Assembly: GCF_018350175.1 (NCBI RefSeq)
Contig: NC_058369.1
Span: 21,826,001 to 21,890,000 of the forward strand
Source: Felis catus
Taxonomy: Eukaryota
Direction of reading: 5' to 3'
Length of the DNA: 64,000 nucleotides
The stretch's first letter is position 1, and every line of letters starts with the position of its first letter. A program made the translations under genes and the position numbers. Below are positions 1-11,967 of this stretch, piece after piece. Under the pieces are notes generated by a model that saw only the letters and a program-made list of their open reading frames with translations, was not told the origin of the DNA and ran no database searches.

Positions 1-1210
1 CTGCTCTTCCCCCACTTGCACTCTCTCTCAAAAATAAATAAACATTAAAAAAAAAATTTTAAAAAGAAAAAAAAAAAAAAAAAAAAAAAAGAAACCATAT
101 TGGAGAGCCCTGAACCCTGATTGCAAAAGTAGCAGAAAGCTTCGAGATTTCTCCATGCAGCCTCCCTACAACTTCTGCCAGGTCAGAAACATTCTCAGAC
201 TGTGTCTGGAATAGGACGTGTGGTAATTCATTAGGGTTTCAGAGGAATCTCTGTAAGAAGAGATAAACGAAGTTACGACAGCAGGAAGACTGACCTCAGA
301 CAGGACATGTACTGTGTGTGTGTGTGTGTGGGGGGGGAGATCCCTGTGCTGCACACCTGACACGCATCACTCATCAGTGAGGGCAGTGCTAGTAGCACTG
401 CCACTTTGTAGGTGACACCCGAGTACGACAGACCCAGACTCCAACCCAGTGCTAACAGTAAGTCCATGCTCTTGACCCTTATCCCCCTGCACTGAGATGT
501 CGAGTAAGTATAGTCTAGGACACCTACTCAACTGGATAATGATAAGGACTTCCGGAAAACAGAGATACACCTAAGAGATGGCTACAGGTCAAACCGTGCC
601 CAACTTTTGGAAATATGTACCCGGCTGCTGAATCAGTCACAAGAGACACGCGAACGAAGCATGCTTCTCCACACAAAAGCTTTACGGTCTCTGCATTTGA
701 GAGGACCCTTCTACCTTCTGCCCAGGACAAGAAAAACTGGCTGCACTGCTCTGGTACTTGGACTACTTATTCATGGATTCATCTCACCTCATCCACAGAA
801 AAGGGAAATTTTCTTCTTCCCTCATGTCTGAATATGCTTCAAATCTGGACTCCATGTTTTGCAATGCTTCCCTTACATCAAGGGTTAGTCTCACCATTCT
901 CCCTGTGAAATGGGATTCTGGGAGGAAGAGTATGTGCACTGCCAAATTCCAATATACTGAATTAGGCTTTTCTATTCCTTCCTCACTCCACAGCTCTTGT
1001 CACTTAGGGAATTTCCTATTTCTGTCTGGACCTATGGTGTCCATGTCAGATTTCCGACCTGGTCAGTGTACTGGGCACACCAGAAGCTATGTATTATTTA
1101 GGAACCAAAAGCAATATAAAACATACCAGGGAAATAGTCCCAAGGGACTTGTGAATTGTGAAACTGAAATGGAACTGAATATTATCGGGACTTGACAGCA
1201 TTTGCTCCTC

Positions 1211-1227
1211 AGCACCAGGTGGCAGCA
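1211..1227 (+). promoter_or_regulatory. Candidate CTCF motif
   Basis: AGCACCAGGTGGCAGCA fits the CTCF core in unique sequence; motif only. Confidence 0.45.
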
Positions 1228-1514
1228 TTACTAAACACGTGTACAATCTGTGTGGAGGGTTGATTATGGATTTAAGCTAATTTTAGTCAATCACATGGCT
1301 TCTGACAATATCCAGATCACTTTGACCTATAAACTGGGATCTCAGAAGACTGTGAGAAGGAGGGAATAGCGGCAGCACTATTCTCACGGGAGGGTACAAT
1401 TCTCTGTGTGCCCAGCGAAACCCTGTGCGCCCACAGATCCAACACCGGAGCTTTTGCTGACAGGCTGAGCAGCTACAGCTCGTCATACTCCCCTTCATCT
1501 TTCCTTTCTTTCTT

Positions 1515-1611
1515 TCTTTTTTAAGTTTATTTATTTTGAGAGAAAAAGAGAGTGTGTGAGTGTGTGAACAGGGAAGGGACGGAGAGAAAGAGAGGAAGGG
1601 GGGGGAGAGAA

Positions 1612-1672
<61 letters not shown>

Positions 1673-1800
1673 GCCTCACGCAGGCTCTGAGCCGTCAGGG
1701 CAGAGCCCAATGCCGGGTTTCAACTCATGAACCGTGAGATCATGACCTGAGCCGAAATCAAGAGTCGGACGCTCAACAGGTGGAGCCACCCAGATGCCCC
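1515..1800 (-). mobile_element. Can-SINE (SINEC) with long (GA)n
   Basis: gagatcatgacctgagccgaa...gagccacccagatgcccc. Confidence 0.9.
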
Positions 1801-1980
1801 TCACACTCTTCCTTCATCTTTCAATGGACAGTGTTTTATGGTTCTTAAGGCATTCTTTGGGGTCCATTTCTCACTCCCCCTGTTATTAACTTGGTTTGAA
1901 AGTTTATTACAAAGAGTCTCTAATGTATAATACAATGGAAGCTATGCATAAAAATAAATGTCTTTAAACTTAATGATTAA

Positions 1981-2435
1981 GGGGCGCCTGGGTGACTCAG
2001 TCGGTTAAGCATCCGGCTTCGGCTCAGGTCATGTTCTCGCGGTTCGTGAGTTCAAGCCCCACATCAGGCTCTGTGCTAACAGCTCACAGCCTGGAGCCTG
2101 TTTCAGATTCTGTGCCTCCTGCTCTCTCTCTGACCCTCCCCCGTTCATGCTCTGTCTCTCTCTGTCTCAAAAATAAATAAACGTTAAAAAAAAAATAAAA
2201 TAGGGGCGCCTGGGTGGCGCAGTCGGTTAAGCGTCCGACTTCAGCCAGGTCACGATCTCCCGGTCCGGGAGTTCGAGCCCCGCGTCGGGCTCTGGGCAGA
2301 TGGCTCAGAGCCTGGAGCCTGTTTCCGAATCTGTGTCTCCCTCTCTCTCTGCCCCTCCCCCATTCATGCTCTGTCTCTCTCTGTCCCAAAAATAAATAAA
2401 TGTTGAAAAAAAAATTAAAAAAAAAAAAATAAAAT
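1981..2435 (+). mobile_element. Two tandem SINEC; the second (2203-2435) is a young SINEC_Fc inserted in the tail of the first
   Basis: ggggcgcctgggtg heads at 1981 and 2203, (CT)n, A-tails; outer TSD TAATGATTAAG. Confidence 0.92.
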
Positions 2436-2696
2436 AATGATTAAGATTTTTTTCTCCTTTTCATTGCAGTTGCCCTATTTGTGGCAAATGAACTCATTTT
2501 TTATTGCTTTTAAGGTGATGGAAATTTTTTATCTCTTGATCTTGGTGGTAGTTACAATGTTTAAGTTACATTTATAAAATGTTACAAGGTTGACACTTTA
2601 GATTTGAATATGTATACTATGTATTAATTATATCCCAGTAAGAAACTGTTCAAATCCTAGAGCAGCTAGAGTTTTACAAAATTAATGTGAGTCTCA

Positions 2697-2808
2697 GGGT
2701 GTCTGGCTGGCTCAGTCAATAGGGCATGTGACTCCTGGTCTCGGGGTTGTGAGTTTACGTCCCACATTGGATGTGGAGCCTACTTAAAATAAAATTAAAA
2801 AAAAAAAA
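2697..2808 (+). mobile_element. Short-type SINEC
   Basis: gggtgtctggctggctcagtc head and A tail. Confidence 0.8.
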
Positions 2809-3634
2809 TTAGCCTGGGTCTCAGTTTTCACACACACACAATACTGGTATTAATGCTACCTTCATCTCATGATTATATAATTTATGTTGCCATGTGAAGA
2901 GCTATTCTCTGTACAATAAAAATGCTGACACCAGGTGCTACTGGACTTAAGAAACAAAGCTTAAGAGCATTTTGATTGTTTGCAATTGCCTGGAAATCTC
3001 TGCGTAGTTCTCATTTCCTCCCCGCCCTTCTCCTGGCCGTGGTAATACGTGCTGCTCCAACCCACTGCAAAACCTATCCAGCCAAGAAGAGTGTGGCCTG
3101 CCACCTGCTGTACTCTTGAGACGGGAGAGTACTCTGCTGCGGTGCCGAGGCCAGACTCTGGATATTGGGCAGGGCTCTGGGAAGCTTTGTTTACCCTTTC
3201 AGAAAGCAGGCATTGACTTCCTGAGCCTGGTTTGAATTATAATACTGATCAGTAATAGGAAACCTCTTTTATCCTAAGGTCTGTGCTCTAAATGGTTCTC
3301 TGGGTCCTGGGTCTGTTTCTTCATTTGGTTCTGACAAGAACTCTGGGAGTTGGCAGCGCAAGAACCCTTAAGCACATCATTCAGAAAGCAAAGGGGAAGT
3401 GACTGCCTCCACTGAACACCCAGGGCTGATAAGCCGGACCAGAAGGAACACAGGCAGGCTGTTCCTTCTCTCCCTCAACACATGTTTTGCAAAAATTGCA
3501 TTTTATATAGCACAGTTTTTAATATATGTTTGACCTTCAGGACTCTAAATGCAAACACAGTAAAAACGAAGCATGGGAATATAGTATTAAAAAATGGCTT
3601 AAATCATCATCTAAATATCTAAAAACATTATGGA

Positions 3635-4675
3635 TATATTGCTGATGGGAATGTAAAATGGTACAGCCTTTCTGGAAAACACTATGGCAGTTTCTTAATA
3701 AACTAAAACATGAAATTACCAAATGACCCAACATCTGCACTCCTGGGCATTTATCCGAGACAAATGGAAATTTCTGCACAAAAACCTGTATAGAAATGTT
3801 CACAGAAGTTTTATTTGCAACAGCTAAAAACTGAAAACTACCCAGATGTCCTTCAACAGGCAAACTGCCAGAAATGGTTAAACACATTTTGGTACTTCTA
3901 CTTGACTGGGTGGAAGAGTAAAAAGGAACAAACTACTGAAAAACCTAGTAATTTCAATGAAATCATGCTAAATGAAGAAAGAAAATCCCAAAGATTTCTA
4001 TATCATTCCATTTATATAACATCATTGAAATGACATTATAGAAATGGGGACAGCTTTGTGGCTACCAGGGTTAAGGATGGGAGGACAGGGAAAGGAAGTA
4101 TGACAGGGGAGTCAGTGTGAGAATACAAGCACAACACAAAGGATCCTTGTGTTGATGTAAGTCTTCTGTATCTTGACTATGGTGTTGGATATACAAAGCT
4201 ACATATGACATAAAATTGCACAGAAATACAGACATGCACATAAACACAGAAGTGAATATGAATAAAACTGAGGAAATGTGAACCAGATGGGTAGATTTTA
4301 CCGGTATCCTAGTTGTGATATTGTACTTTATTTTGCAAGCTGTCATCAGTGGGGGAATGGGTAAAGGGTAAATACAGAAATGGGATCTTTCTGTATTTAT
4401 TTTTTAAAGTTTATTTTGAGAGAGAGAGCGTACATGTGCACATGCGTGCACGCAGGAGGGGTAGAGGCAGAGAGAGAGGGAAAGAGAACCCCAATCTGAC
4501 AGTGAGGAGCCCCATGCAGGGCTCAAACTCACGAACCATGAGATCATGACCTGAGATGTCTTGATTTAGACTTGGACGCTTAGCTTACTGAGCCACCCAG
4601 GTGCCCCTCTGTATTATTTCTTGTAACTGCATGTGAATCTGTAATTATCTCAAAATAAGAAGTTTAATTAAAAAG
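3635..4675 (+). mobile_element. Old L1 (L1MC-like) 3' fragment with nested SINE
   Basis: attgctgatgggaatgtaaaatggtacagcc ORF2-end motif and a 3' end ctgcatgtgaatctgtaattatctcaaaataa. Confidence 0.75.
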
Positions 4676-4734
4676 CTATGGGTTTTACTTGGTATTTGTT
4701 CATTTATCAAGCCATTGGTTATAAAGAAAACTAA

Positions 4735-5390
4735 TTTAGTCAACAAATATTTACAATGCTAAGTGCAGGGGATATGGCAACAAACAAGGCAGACAGAAGT
4801 GCCTGCCCCCACAAAAGCTTACATTCGGATGGGGAGGAGACATAGTGCACACAGTAAGAAAACAGCAAACCAGGTTAGCTGGTGAAGCCTTAGGGAGAAA
4901 ATAAGGCATGGGAGGACAGGGGTAAGGGTTCTTTAAAACAGGGTGACCAGAGAAGGCCTCACCTGTATGGAGAATGCTTGAGATTTGAAGGAAGAAAGGG
5001 AGCAAGCCCTATATGGGAGGAAAGTGCTCCAGGCGAAGGCAACAAGTGCAAAGGCCTGTCCTGAGGCAGGAGCAAGCCTGGCACATTTGTGGAAAGGCAG
5101 AAGGGCCAACGAGACCAGGGCCAAGCAAGCAAGGCAGGAAGTAAGAGATGAGGCAGGGGTCAGGAGGCCATGGACCAGTGACAAGGCCCTGGCTTTTAAT
5201 GGAGGGCGATGGGACACTACTGGGCGGTTCTGAGCAGCGTGATGTCGTGCTCTAACTTCTGGTTTATCAGGATTACTCTGGCTGCTGGGTGAAGAGCAGG
5301 GAAGGGAGTGGCAATGGCAAAAGCTCTATAACCAGAGCGGAGGCTCCTGCAAAATCCAGACGGAAACACAGGGCAAATGACAGGAGTTAC
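4735..5390 (-). mobile_element. L2 fragment
   Basis: Antisense L2 3'-end pattern (caacaaatattta...ggcagacagaagtgcctgccccc...aagcttacattc). Confidence 0.6.
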
Positions 5391-5521
5391 CATGTTGTTG
5401 CCTGTATGTATCCACCTCGACAGGTAAACAACAAATATTTTTTGTACCTCACTGATATCCTTACAAAATATTACTCTGTGTTTTGTACCCTGGGCAAAGC
5501 TAGGGCTTTAACTGTACAAAC

Positions 5522-5635
5522 CTTATCTTGTGACCCAGATGGCGTCTCTTCTAGAGTCTCGGTGCTTCCCAGATTGGAGAGCTGAGTGCTTGGCTGTAAC
5601 CCAGGGCTGGAGATATTGGAGTCGCCCATCTGATT
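5522..5635 (-). CDS. DCP1A: DCP1A coding exon 6 (114 nt, NQMGDSNISSPGLQPSTQLSNLGSTETLEETPSGSQDK)
   Basis: Manual translation matches the recalled DCP1A sequence following exon 5. Acceptor TTTAATTTCAG|A, donor AAG|GTTTGT; phase 0-0. Not shown in the ORF track. Confidence 0.93.
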
Positions 5636-5849
5636 CTGAAATTAAAAGGAAAAGTATATCATGTGAACAGTTTGCTGACTACTATTTGGTCCATAAGACA
5701 TCTGAGGTTATCAGCAATGCTATTTTAAAAACAAGCAAAAATTCCCCCAAATGTTTTGCTTTGGACCCTCAGGTAAGTAACTTAAAAAATAAAATTTCTA
5801 GACAGTTGAGCACTTGGTTTTAGATAATAGTGACAATTGTTTTTATATC

Positions 5850-6240
5850 CCTTGAAGTGCATATATTACTGCTAAGTAGTGTTGCACTGTATGACCACAT
5901 TACTGTCTTGTGGAACACTCACCCATAGGAGGTCATTTGTGCTATTTCCAGTTTTTGGTAATTACGTACAGAGCTTTTATATTCATAAAACCTCATGCAC
6001 GGGTTTTTGTGTGGACAAAAGCATCATTTCTCTAGAGTAAATACCTAGCGGTGGTATACCTAGGTCATATGGTAAAATGCATTTTTCTTCTAAATTTTTG
6101 TAGTTTTAAATTTAGATTTAGGAGCCATTTTGAGTTGATTTTTGTATAAGGTGTTACATTTATGTTATGGATTTTTTTTTCTTTTTTGTATGTGGATGGC
6201 CAATTGTTCCCAACACTATTGGTTGAAATCATTGTATACT
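5850..6240 (-). mobile_element. Old L1 fragments
   Basis: tttccagtttttgg..., ttttgagttgatttttgtataaggtg..., aattgttcccaacactatt motifs of antisense L1. Confidence 0.6.
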
Positions 6241-6717
6241 CTTAAACCTCAAACTAAAAAGATCTCTAAGCATCACCATCAAGATGACAGTCATTAAATG
6301 TTTTAAAATTCCTGTTAACTTATATGTAACACCAAAAGTGAAAATACTTTTGGTCTTAAAGAGAATCCTAAAAACAGATCATTAGGTGGGCACAGAATTA
6401 TGAATTCTTAGGAACTGAAGTTATTATATTTGGGCTATGTGATCCATTACCCATGTCACAATGGACACCAGAAACAGTTTAGAACACTCAGGAGACCAGA
6501 TTTAAAAACGAAGCCCCAAATTCAGTCCAGGGACACATTAATTTTGATAGCAGAGAATAAGTACTGTGCTTAGCACAGCGTTAGGTACTCCAATGTTAAA
6601 TGAATGGCTAAAATGCATTTATTCTATTCAAATGACATAATCCTTATAACACTTTTTATTCAGTGTTATCCATTTAGACAGAGGTGAAATAGCCTGGGAC
6701 AGCCTATGAAATATCTT

Positions 6718-6950
6718 TTTAAAAACATCTATTACTGAAATACAGTTGACACACAATGTTATATTGGTTTCAGGTGCACAACATGGTGATTAGACAATTC
6801 TACCTATCACACAGGGTTCACCCAGGCAAGTGTGGTCACCATGCAAAGTTATTACAACATTACTGATTATATTCCCTGTGCTGTATTTTTCATCCCCATC
6901 ACTTACTCATTTTATAACTGGAAGTCTGTACTTCTTAACCCCCTTCAACT
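6718..6950 (-). mobile_element. Short 5'-truncated carnivore L1 3' end with TSD
   Basis: L1 3' UTR motif (tacagttgacacacaatgttatattggtttcaggtg); TSD GCCTATGAAATATCTT at 6702-6717 and 6951-6966. Confidence 0.8.
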
Positions 6951-8111
6951 GCCTATGAAATATCTTATTTTCTACCCCTTTGTGCAACACCACCATCAAT
7001 ATGTACTAACACATTATGGAGAATTCTTGGAATTAAACTGCATCACAGAAAAGCTCAAAACAATGTTCATAACAAGTTCCTAAGAGCAGAGGGTATACAA
7101 TGTTCAGAAACATTTTCAAAATTGGGAGTTTTCACATAAAAATCCCAGCTTCTTATTTTCGGAGAGAAGCTGGACACCTTTGCAACAACTGGCTGGAGCT
7201 GAGCTGCACATGACTCTCTGATGCAGGGCCAGGTTCTGTTTGCATCAGGGCTACCCTGGCCCACCCACTACATGTGCTTCCATGGCCCATGTGGTTTTGG
7301 GGGCAGTTTAGTCTTCTCTGCTTAACTCAACATGAACTACAAGATGGGCTGTACTTTAAAAGGTCTCAGACATTTTTTTTATACATGTGCAGGGCTGTTC
7401 TTGGAAGGTTTAATCTGAGTTTGTAGATGATACTTGCTATTTGTACAGATTCGGGGAAATGGACAATCAAACTTTCTGGAGGGTAATTTTATTATAATAT
7501 TTAGTAAAAACCTTAAAAATGACAAAATCCTTCGATCTACCAATTGTATTTCAAATGGTTTATCTTAACAGAAAATGCTGAACATGAAGACTTAGCCACA
7601 GGATATATTTCTGAGTTCTTAAGAGAATCAGAAAAGAACAGCATATTGTTTATGTAAAGCACGGGAGAAAAAACATGCAGCTATTAATACCACTCTTCTC
7701 TTTTTCAAAAAGTTTTCATTCTACCGAAAGAAATCTCACAGGGACTCCCCTGTGAGATGAATAAATAGCTACTGTCATCAAGGTATTGTTCTTTGAAAGA
7801 AAAAACTGGTTACAAAAGAGTTAATGAAAGCGACTTTTAAAACTAGTTAATAATAAAACTAGTGTAGAGAAGCATACCACACACTCTGGGACACATTTAC
7901 ACATATTTTTGGAAGGATACAAAGTATTATCAGTGATTATTTCTAGGTGGTGGGATTATGTTTTTTTCTTTTACTCTAATCTTTAAATATGAAATAGAAA
8001 CAACCTCTCAACCAAAATCCAGGATTATATCCTGTGGCTACAAGCAACTCAGTAAGGGCCGCTGTAAAGGATTGTGGCTTTAGCTATCTTTCTTACCTTT
8101 ATTATTATTAC

Positions 8112-8302
8112 TTTTTAATGTTTTGTTTATTGTTTAGAGAGAGAGTATGACAGGGGAGGGGCAGAGAGAGAGGGGGACAGAGGATCTAAAGCGGGCTCCA
8201 TGCTGATAGCAGTGAGCCTGATGCGGGGCTCAAACTCATGAACCATGAGATCGTGACCCGAGCCAAAGTTGGACGCTCAACCGACTGAGCCACCTGGGGG
8301 CC
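8112..8302 (-). mobile_element. SINEC
   Basis: SINEC consensus motifs; flanking CTTACCTTTA repeat. Confidence 0.88.
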
Positions 8303-10635
8303 TGTTACTTACCTTTAAAAAAGGTAAGTTGGTTAAAACAAACTATAGGACTTTAGGAGAAAACGTTGACTATAGAGTTTTAATTTCCCAACAGTCTTTA
8401 CTATAAATCCTTCACCCCAAAGCGTGGAATTTCATTCACGGTGGGTGGGGGAGATTTAGGATTGGGGTTACATGCCATCACTGAGGCATGGCTTGCACCT
8501 CTGCCCTAGACTGTCAATCTAAGTCTCTACTACAGATAAACAAAGGGCCATCTGGAGCTGCGCGGCAGCTGAGAGCGCCCATGCAAACACTTGGCTATGA
8601 ATTCACGGGTCACTGCGAATTCCAACTCCCATTTGGTTGGACGACAGGCAAGTGTAGACAGGAAAAAAACCCGCTCTTTCAGGAAGCTCCACCCATTTAC
8701 AGATAGTTTTCAAAACCAGAAAGAATGCATTATAAAAAGGAAGTACCAAAGATTTACAAAATTCCCAAAGGTTTATTAGTTTTAATCTAGCCATAGACAT
8801 CATTTTACTTATTCCATAGCATGGGGGAATTTTCTTTACAACGGTAATTACCGCGCTCTCCACATTCTTACCTTTTGCAATGTGTCACATTTTCAGATTG
8901 CCTGCTTGACTTAGAGTTCCTTTATAGCTTTGTGGACAAAACCAAGGCTCTGTTCCTTCTTTCGTTTTGTGGCTACTTGCTTCTTAGGCTGAGGAGTAAG
9001 CCAGGCCACCTCCCAGAGCACCAGCTCTGGTGCACAGCACCTACACTTTCTGTCCCGTGTGGCACCGTGATCTAGTCATCACTAGGAATGCATGACAGAG
9101 CCCTGGATTTATTAGCTACCTGTTCTCAGAACACAAAAAGGCCTCTATAAAAACAGAACAAGGCATTTATATAGATAGCCAGATCTCATTAAGGATATGA
9201 GAGGGAATTTGGGGGAATATAAGATGACCTAAAAGAACAGAAAATTATTCTCAGAATTTATTCTCATCCAGTTAGGATCCTAAGTGTTCATGCATCCACT
9301 ACAGAGATCACTGCTTTTCCTGTATTAATTTTCAGAGTTCCATAAATTCCTCTTAATTCTCTATGAGACACTGAGGAATTTGATGCAACTTGAACTTCTC
9401 AGGGGCTCTAATGTACACTTCTCTACCTCAGAAGTGAGATTTCCTTTGGTGTTTGAATAGGACTTTTCCTTTGCTGGAGGAAACTACCTTCCAGAGCACT
9501 GTTTCAAAGTCTGCTCCCTAAACTCTAGATTCTTGAGATGCTGAAGTGGAATATGAGAAAAATGGTCCCATAGTTCGATCAACCTGGGAATCGGTGCTGC
9601 TGTACTTATTGTAGGGCCCCTCAGAGTCTTGAGCATTGCAAAGCCCAAAGCCCCAGGAGGATGGGGGAGGAGGAGCCATGTTAACAATATTTCCTTAACT
9701 CACTTGACCAACTGGAACCTTTCCTAAGGGTCACCTGTTAACTATGTAGAGGCTAGTGTTAGAGCAGAATTGTTTGGGAAACACACCATAGACAGTGCTT
9801 TTCACACCTGTCCCTGGAACTTTTGGTGAGGTGAGGATTACACAAAAAACAAAAGTACTTAATCACATATGAGTAAAGAGTAAGGTGACAATTACAATTC
9901 CACTGAAACAAAGCGCAGCAGTGGAAACCTTCAGTCTGCCTCCTATGAAGCGTGAAGCTCTCAGGGGCCCATGTCAAGTGAAAAGTCAGGGCAGTTCCAA
10001 AGCCACGCAGTTTGAAGACCACTAATGAAATGCCCACTGCTTGACGCATAGTGGATGGTTCGTAAGTGTGTAGTGAATAAGTTAACAAATGCACTACAAC
10101 TTCCATTTTATTCAATTTCAGGGAGAAAACGCCATCCTTTCACTTTTAAACTAATATACAGAAAAGAAAAAAAATCTAGAAAAGCTTCACACGTGGGTAG
10201 AATTCCAAATAATGCTTAATGAAGGCTGTGAACCTACCACCAACTGCAGACCATAAATATACCCTTTGTATTAGCAGGTGCAAATGATCAGGCTACACAT
10301 ATTCCTAAACCCTAGCAGAGGCCGCAGGGGTGAAGAACAGGCAAGAAGCTTTTGAAGAACTACCTGCTGCAGGCTAACTTTTGCACCCTGAAACCATTTT
10401 CAGTAATTTTATGGGAACAGAAAAAGAGCATTCTAAACTTTCACACCAAGTCAAGGGCTTGGACGTAAGCAAATTTCTTTCCCTTTTAGGCTAAAAACTG
10501 TAAGACATGTATTCTTTCTGGACTAATGATCTCTGCTGGCCTAGAGGTGACTTCCCCAGCACATGCCCCCAGGCCCCCTCCCCCTACTCCCCGCCTGCCT
10601 CCTTCTCCCCTCTTGGTCCTCCCAGTCCGTCTCAC

Positions 10636-10774
10636 CCTCTCATATTCATCCTTGGCTCTGCTTAGCATCTCCAGAATGTCGATGGGTCTGTGGTCACTGC
10701 AGCCGTTAGCCTGGCTGGGACTCTGTTTGTCCCGAGCAGCTTGCTGGGACCGCCGTGTCTCCTCTTCTACCACA
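10636..10774 (-). CDS. DCP1A: DCP1A coding exon 5 (139 nt, VVEEETRRSQQAARDKQSPSQANGCSDHRPIDILEMLSRAKDEYER)
   Basis: Overlaps ORF 10486..10773 and contains the helical motif IDILEMLSRAKDEY. Acceptor CCTCTAG|T, donor AGG|GTGAGA. Confidence 0.96.
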
Positions 10775-11185
10775 CTAGAGGAGGAGAACCAGATTTTAGA
10801 AAGACTTCTTTAGGCACAATCTGACCCACGAACTCTCCTGGTGTTTGTCTTCCGAGGATACGGGAAGAATGTCATAGGATACGCTTCCTCCGAATACAAT
10901 CGCAGGGCCTCGGTCTGTATTGGGAGTACATAACTAACTGCTTTACCAGCTCATGTGCAACAATGCCAACTGACGTGTCTCACTGTTAGAAGGGCAGAGT
11001 ACAGAATTCTTTTCTAGAGATGGTAGGAGCAGATATGTTAAAAATGACCAAATTATTTCTCTTTTTTGAAGTCTCAAACTCAAACTACCAGGTGAAGTAC
11101 ATTTTCAAAAGCATGTAGTCAGCAAGACACGGGCAGGCTGCATAGCTGAGCAACCACTGTGGAAAGTCTGTACTGACACTGGACT

Positions 11186-11378
11186 GGGGGAGGGGGGGAG
11201 AAGGAGGAGGGGAGAAGGAGGGAGAAGGAGGGAGAAGGAGGGAGAAGGGGGGAGAAGGAGGGAGAAGGAGGGAGAGGGAGAGAGAGGGAGAGAGAGGGAG
11301 GGAGAGGGAGGGAGAGGGAGGGAGAGGGAGGGAGAGGGAGGGAGAGGGAGGGAGAGGGAGGGAGAGGGAGGGAGAGGA
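11186..11378. repeat. Pure polypurine compound repeat (GGAGAAGGAG)n/(GGGAGAGG)n-like
   Basis: About 190 nt of only A and G on the + strand. Confidence 0.95.
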
Positions 11379-11754
11379 GCTTCTTAAAAAAAAAAAAAAG
11401 ATTTCAGCAAATCTTCAAAGGTTTCCCTTATTCTCTCCTTAGAAATCACCAAGTGGGTGGTGAGGTCAGGGTGATCATGGCAGTGCTATTCATTCTGATT
11501 GGTGCTCAGGCTAATTCTGCACTTGAAAATAAAGCAAGAAAAGTTGAGGGTTAAGAATGCCAGAGAGGGCTGGGGTCTTTTTAAGATTCATTTAGGTTTT
11601 AATCCCAGCTCTAATGAACAGGATTACCTGCCACAGGATATTATGGGCACAGGACAACTTGATTATTGTATAAGCTGAAAACTTTCTGGATGGTGATAAG
11701 GACAGGCAATAAAACAATTCAGTAGCAGAACATCTGTTTCTTGGTTGTTGTTTT

Positions 11755-11967
11755 TTTAAAAATTTTTTTTTAACGTTTATTTATTTTTGAGACAGAGACA
11801 GAGTGTGAACGGGGGAGGGTCAGAGAGAGGAAGACACAGAATCTGAAACAGGCTCCAGGCTCTGAGCTATCAGCAGAGCCTGATGCGGGGCTCGAACTCA
11901 CGGACCTCGAGATCATGACCTGAGTCGAAGTCAGCCGCTTAACCAACTGAGCCACCCAGGTGCCCCC
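11755..11967 (-). mobile_element. SINEC
   Basis: SINEC consensus motifs. Confidence 0.9.

Noticed and set aside
91..1200. Unique sequence examined for DCP1A exon 7
   Set aside because: No frame matching the expected continuation after exon 6; exon 7 presumably lies outside the window.
1981..2060. tRNA-like A/B boxes
   Set aside because: These are the tRNA-derived heads of SINEC elements, not tRNA genes.
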